Source of the DNA: Heteronotia binoei
Taxonomy: Eukaryota
DNA length: 64,000 nucleotides
Direction of reading: 5' to 3'
Assembly (NCBI RefSeq): GCF_032191835.1
Contig: NC_083224.1
Location: 127,720,001-127,784,000, forward strand
Shown here: positions 61,356 to 64,000 of the stretch, one piece after another
Position numbering within the stretch: the stretch's first letter is position 1
Layout: each line of letters opens with the position of its first letter
Translations under genes and position numbers: made by a program
Notes under the pieces: model-generated
What the model saw: the letters and a program-made list of their open reading frames with translations, nothing else
The model's database searches: none
What the model was told of the DNA's origin: nothing

Positions 61356-63178
61356 CTGAAACAACATGAAGGATTTTGTTTTGGACTGAGACTCAAGACT
61401 GAGGGCAAATATAGATAAAAACTGTTTTATCTTCTTGAATGCAACAAACAGGTTTAAGTAAAACATCTAATTAAAATGCCCTAAAAGCTAAACTCCAAAG
61501 CACTTTTTGCTCATGAAGTGACTTGTGCTAATCCAGTGAACTCTTTTCTTGATTTTTTCTTCCATCAGCTGACTACCATAGCAATATCACACACTGCATA
61601 GTTTCTCAAGGAACGTGTCATGTAGTATGGAAGCCTAGTGCTAGTCAATGAATACAGATTAAATTCCAGTAATTCAACATTACTGGAACCAGGTTTGCCA
61701 CTGACAATAAATGTATTTGCTTTTAACAAAATAACAGGCTTGCTATTTTAAAATATTGAGCATAAATTTCAACAATATTCCACATGTATTGAAAAAAGAG
61801 AACGCTTTTCAGCCAAGACCAAAATGCCAATGTGCAAAAATCACTATCCATGGTGCTCAGAATAATCTTTTAAATCCAAGAGTTTCAGAATGTACTTTTA
61901 AATAATTTAAAGTCTTTTTAAAAAAACCAGGTACTGGTTGTTTAAGATCTAATCAAATTAAGCACGGGACATGATGATTGTTGAAATAATAGGTACCTGA
62001 ACATTTTAAATGAAACCCCGTATTTTCCTTCTGCATGTCCATTAATATTATGCAAATGACTTATCTTTCACAATTTCCATTTTCAACAGCAACAGAGGAT
62101 GAACATAAGAGGGTGAACTTCCTTAACTACAGCATGTCCCCCCCCCAAAGGTTACAAATGGCTGCAATGCAAAATGAAAGGCAGCTAAGAAGTATAAAGA
62201 AGGAAAACACGTGGCTCCCGAATTCTATACATCAGTTCTTATTTAAAGGAGTAATCCTGTTGTAATATCCCACATTATAGTAGCAATTCTGCAACATAAT
62301 GTTTAGTTGGGAAATCCATGCCTATTGTCAAAGATTATTTATTACCTACTAAGGATTTATTCTCAAAGAACTCGGGTACCATGAACAGACTGGCAATGAA
62401 AACACTTCTCAAGATTACATTTGTAGAATAAGCACCAATAGAAGCATTTAAAAAATCAAATACTAGTTTGCAACTATATAAAAGATGCCCTATGATAAGA
62501 GTATAGAACACTTATATAATATATATTTCTCTCTGTATAAAGTGAAATGGCAAGCGCTATGCAATGTAGCATTGCTTGAAACACCAATTTAAGTCAGGAT
62601 AACAGAAAGAAAGACCTTCCAACAAAGCAAGAACACTGTGGAAAATGGCACAAAATATACTAGGACTTTTGGCAAGAAAAGAGGTTTTTTTAAAAAGTGT
62701 TTTTATTTGTACTTTAGGCTTAATCAGCAAAAGGGATTTTCTAAACATACAAAACTCAGTGCTTACTTAGAAACAGATATAAAGCAAAACTCCTCTCCTC
62801 TCCAACCCCAAAGTGTTAAAAAGTTTAACTATGAAATCTAGCTTAACAAGCAGGCTTCTAAACAGTAAGGCTAGTGCTTTACCCTCAGCAGACTACTGTC
62901 AAAGTCATATACTAAAGCACTTGATGTCATTAAACCTATCAGGCATGATCATGTATCAGGCTGAACCAACTGTGGCCAAAGAAAGTGATAAAAAAAATTA
63001 CTGACAAGCCATTCGTTTACACTGCTATTAAGCCAGTACATATTCTCAAGTGGATGACTACCTAAAATTTAATAGATCAACTAAAACTGTGAAAAAACCA
63101 GTCACAAAAAAAGATGTAAATAAAGAAGTTAGATACTGACATTTTGTCTGGCGTTACCCTTGACCTGTACCCGTTTAC

Positions 63179-63354
63179 CTGGACCTGGACCTTGAGCTTG
63201 AGTGGGAGGATGAGCGAGATGAAGATGGTGAATGGGAAGACCGTGACTTAGAACGGCTGCGTCGAGTCCGGGATTTCTTTTTCTTAGCAGAATCTTCCTC
63301 CTCACTGGCATCAAGATTATATTTTGAGAGATCAGCGTCTTCTTCATCCTCATC
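63179..63354 (-). CDS. ZRANB2: ZRANB2 exon (human exon 7 equivalent), start of RS domain
   Basis: aacaag|GATGAG...TCCAG|gtaaac, 176 nt, encoding DEDEEDADLSKYNLDASEEEDSAKKKKSRTRRSRSKSRSSHSPSSSRSSSHSSSRSRS. Ends in phase 2. Confidence 0.95.
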
Positions 63355-63602
63355 CTTGTTAGGAAGCAAGAATTTACACAAATAAATTTACACTTAGCAG
63401 CTCTTTGTTCCATCTAACATATACTTGTGCAGGTACAAAAATCTAACGGAGAGGAAAAGCATAACCAAACACACTTAAATATTCACTACATGCTCTAATG
63501 AACTGTCAGATAAAATTCTGGGACTTGGCTCAAGGAGTACTGGGTTCAGATATGCACTTGCCTATTTGATTACAAAAAATGATATAAAATAAGTAGTTTT
63601 AC

Positions 63603-63740
63603 CTCATCCAACTTATATTTTGACAGATCTCCATCCTCATCCTCCTCTTCTTCCCCTTCTGATTCCTTATCTTCAACTTCCTTTAGAATAGATGCAGGGC
63701 CAACTGGCTTTCCTCTATATTTTTTCTTTTTGCGACCAAA
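63603..63740 (-). CDS. ZRANB2: Zinc finger Ran-binding domain protein 2, internal exon (human exon 6 equivalent)
   Basis: AG|TTTGGTCGC...GATGAG|GT, 138 nt, encoding FGRKKKKYRGKPVGPASILKEVEDKESEGEEEEDEDGDLSKYKLDE, which matches the ZRANB2 acidic linker. Upstream zinc-finger exons lie beyond the window end. Confidence 0.96.
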
Positions 63741-64000
63741 CTAAATAGAGATGCATTGTAAATGGCTGAAGCGTGGTCAAAGTCAAGCACTGTTTTAACT
63801 GAATGTACTTTGAAGTCTAATTCATTTTCATTCATTTCATAGTCTCACTTTCATCCCCCCTCCATTTTTTCTCATTACTACTTGATTATAATCAAATAAC
63901 TACAATACTTTTTTTACCCAGAGAAGTGACTGAAGAGAACAACACAAGCTGCATTTGTTGTTTCAGCGGCAGATGTCACTGCTGAAGAAGCAATAATGTT

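Noticed and set aside
61995-62190. Strong acceptor-like site at 62185 in ZRANB2 intron 7
   Set aside because: There is no convincing downstream donor (only AG|ATAAGT and a weak GTACCT), so no exon can be defined.
58265-63413. ORF-track entries 58265..58567, 63129..63413 and 63175..63381
   Set aside because: These are off-frame readings or intron-extended versions of real ZRANB2 exons, not separate genes.

Overview
Vertebrate genomic DNA from a squamate reptile, probably a gecko (inferred from the repeat content: CR1 with (CATAAGAA)n-type tails, a Sauria SINE, Squam3-like SINEs and many TAGGGTTGCCA-ended hAT MITEs). There are two protein-coding genes, both on the minus strand and in the same order as human 1p31. 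(1) PTGER3 (prostaglandin E2 receptor EP3): exon 1 CDS 35029-34133, a 29.3-kb intron, and exon 2 at 4872-4588 reading through to an EP3-II/gamma-like tail. (2) The last five coding exons of ZRANB2 (63740-57840) and its 3' UTR. The rest is TE-rich. It includes a full-length RTE-clade LINE with an intact 1074-codon EN-RT ORF and a 7-bp TSD, inserted into a CR1 copy inside the PTGER3 intron. It also holds CR1/L2 fragments, SINEs, hAT, Harbinger-like and Tc1/mariner-like MITEs (many with readable TSDs), and a solo LTR in a three-level nest. I found no prokaryote-type system (no CRISPR, operon or rRNA/tRNA genes) and nothing I can defend as a wholly new biological system. The best leads are an ATGGG duplication that puts the Kozak ATG of PTGER3 out of frame (28-codon uORF ending in an AUGA stop/start overlap), a TG at the expected ZRANB2 exon-9 acceptor, the young AUG-less RTE, and a near-perfect 287-bp palindromic MITE near the PTGER3 exon-2 acceptor. 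All coordinates were counted by hand. Comparisons with human or other known sequences are from memory and need checking by alignment.
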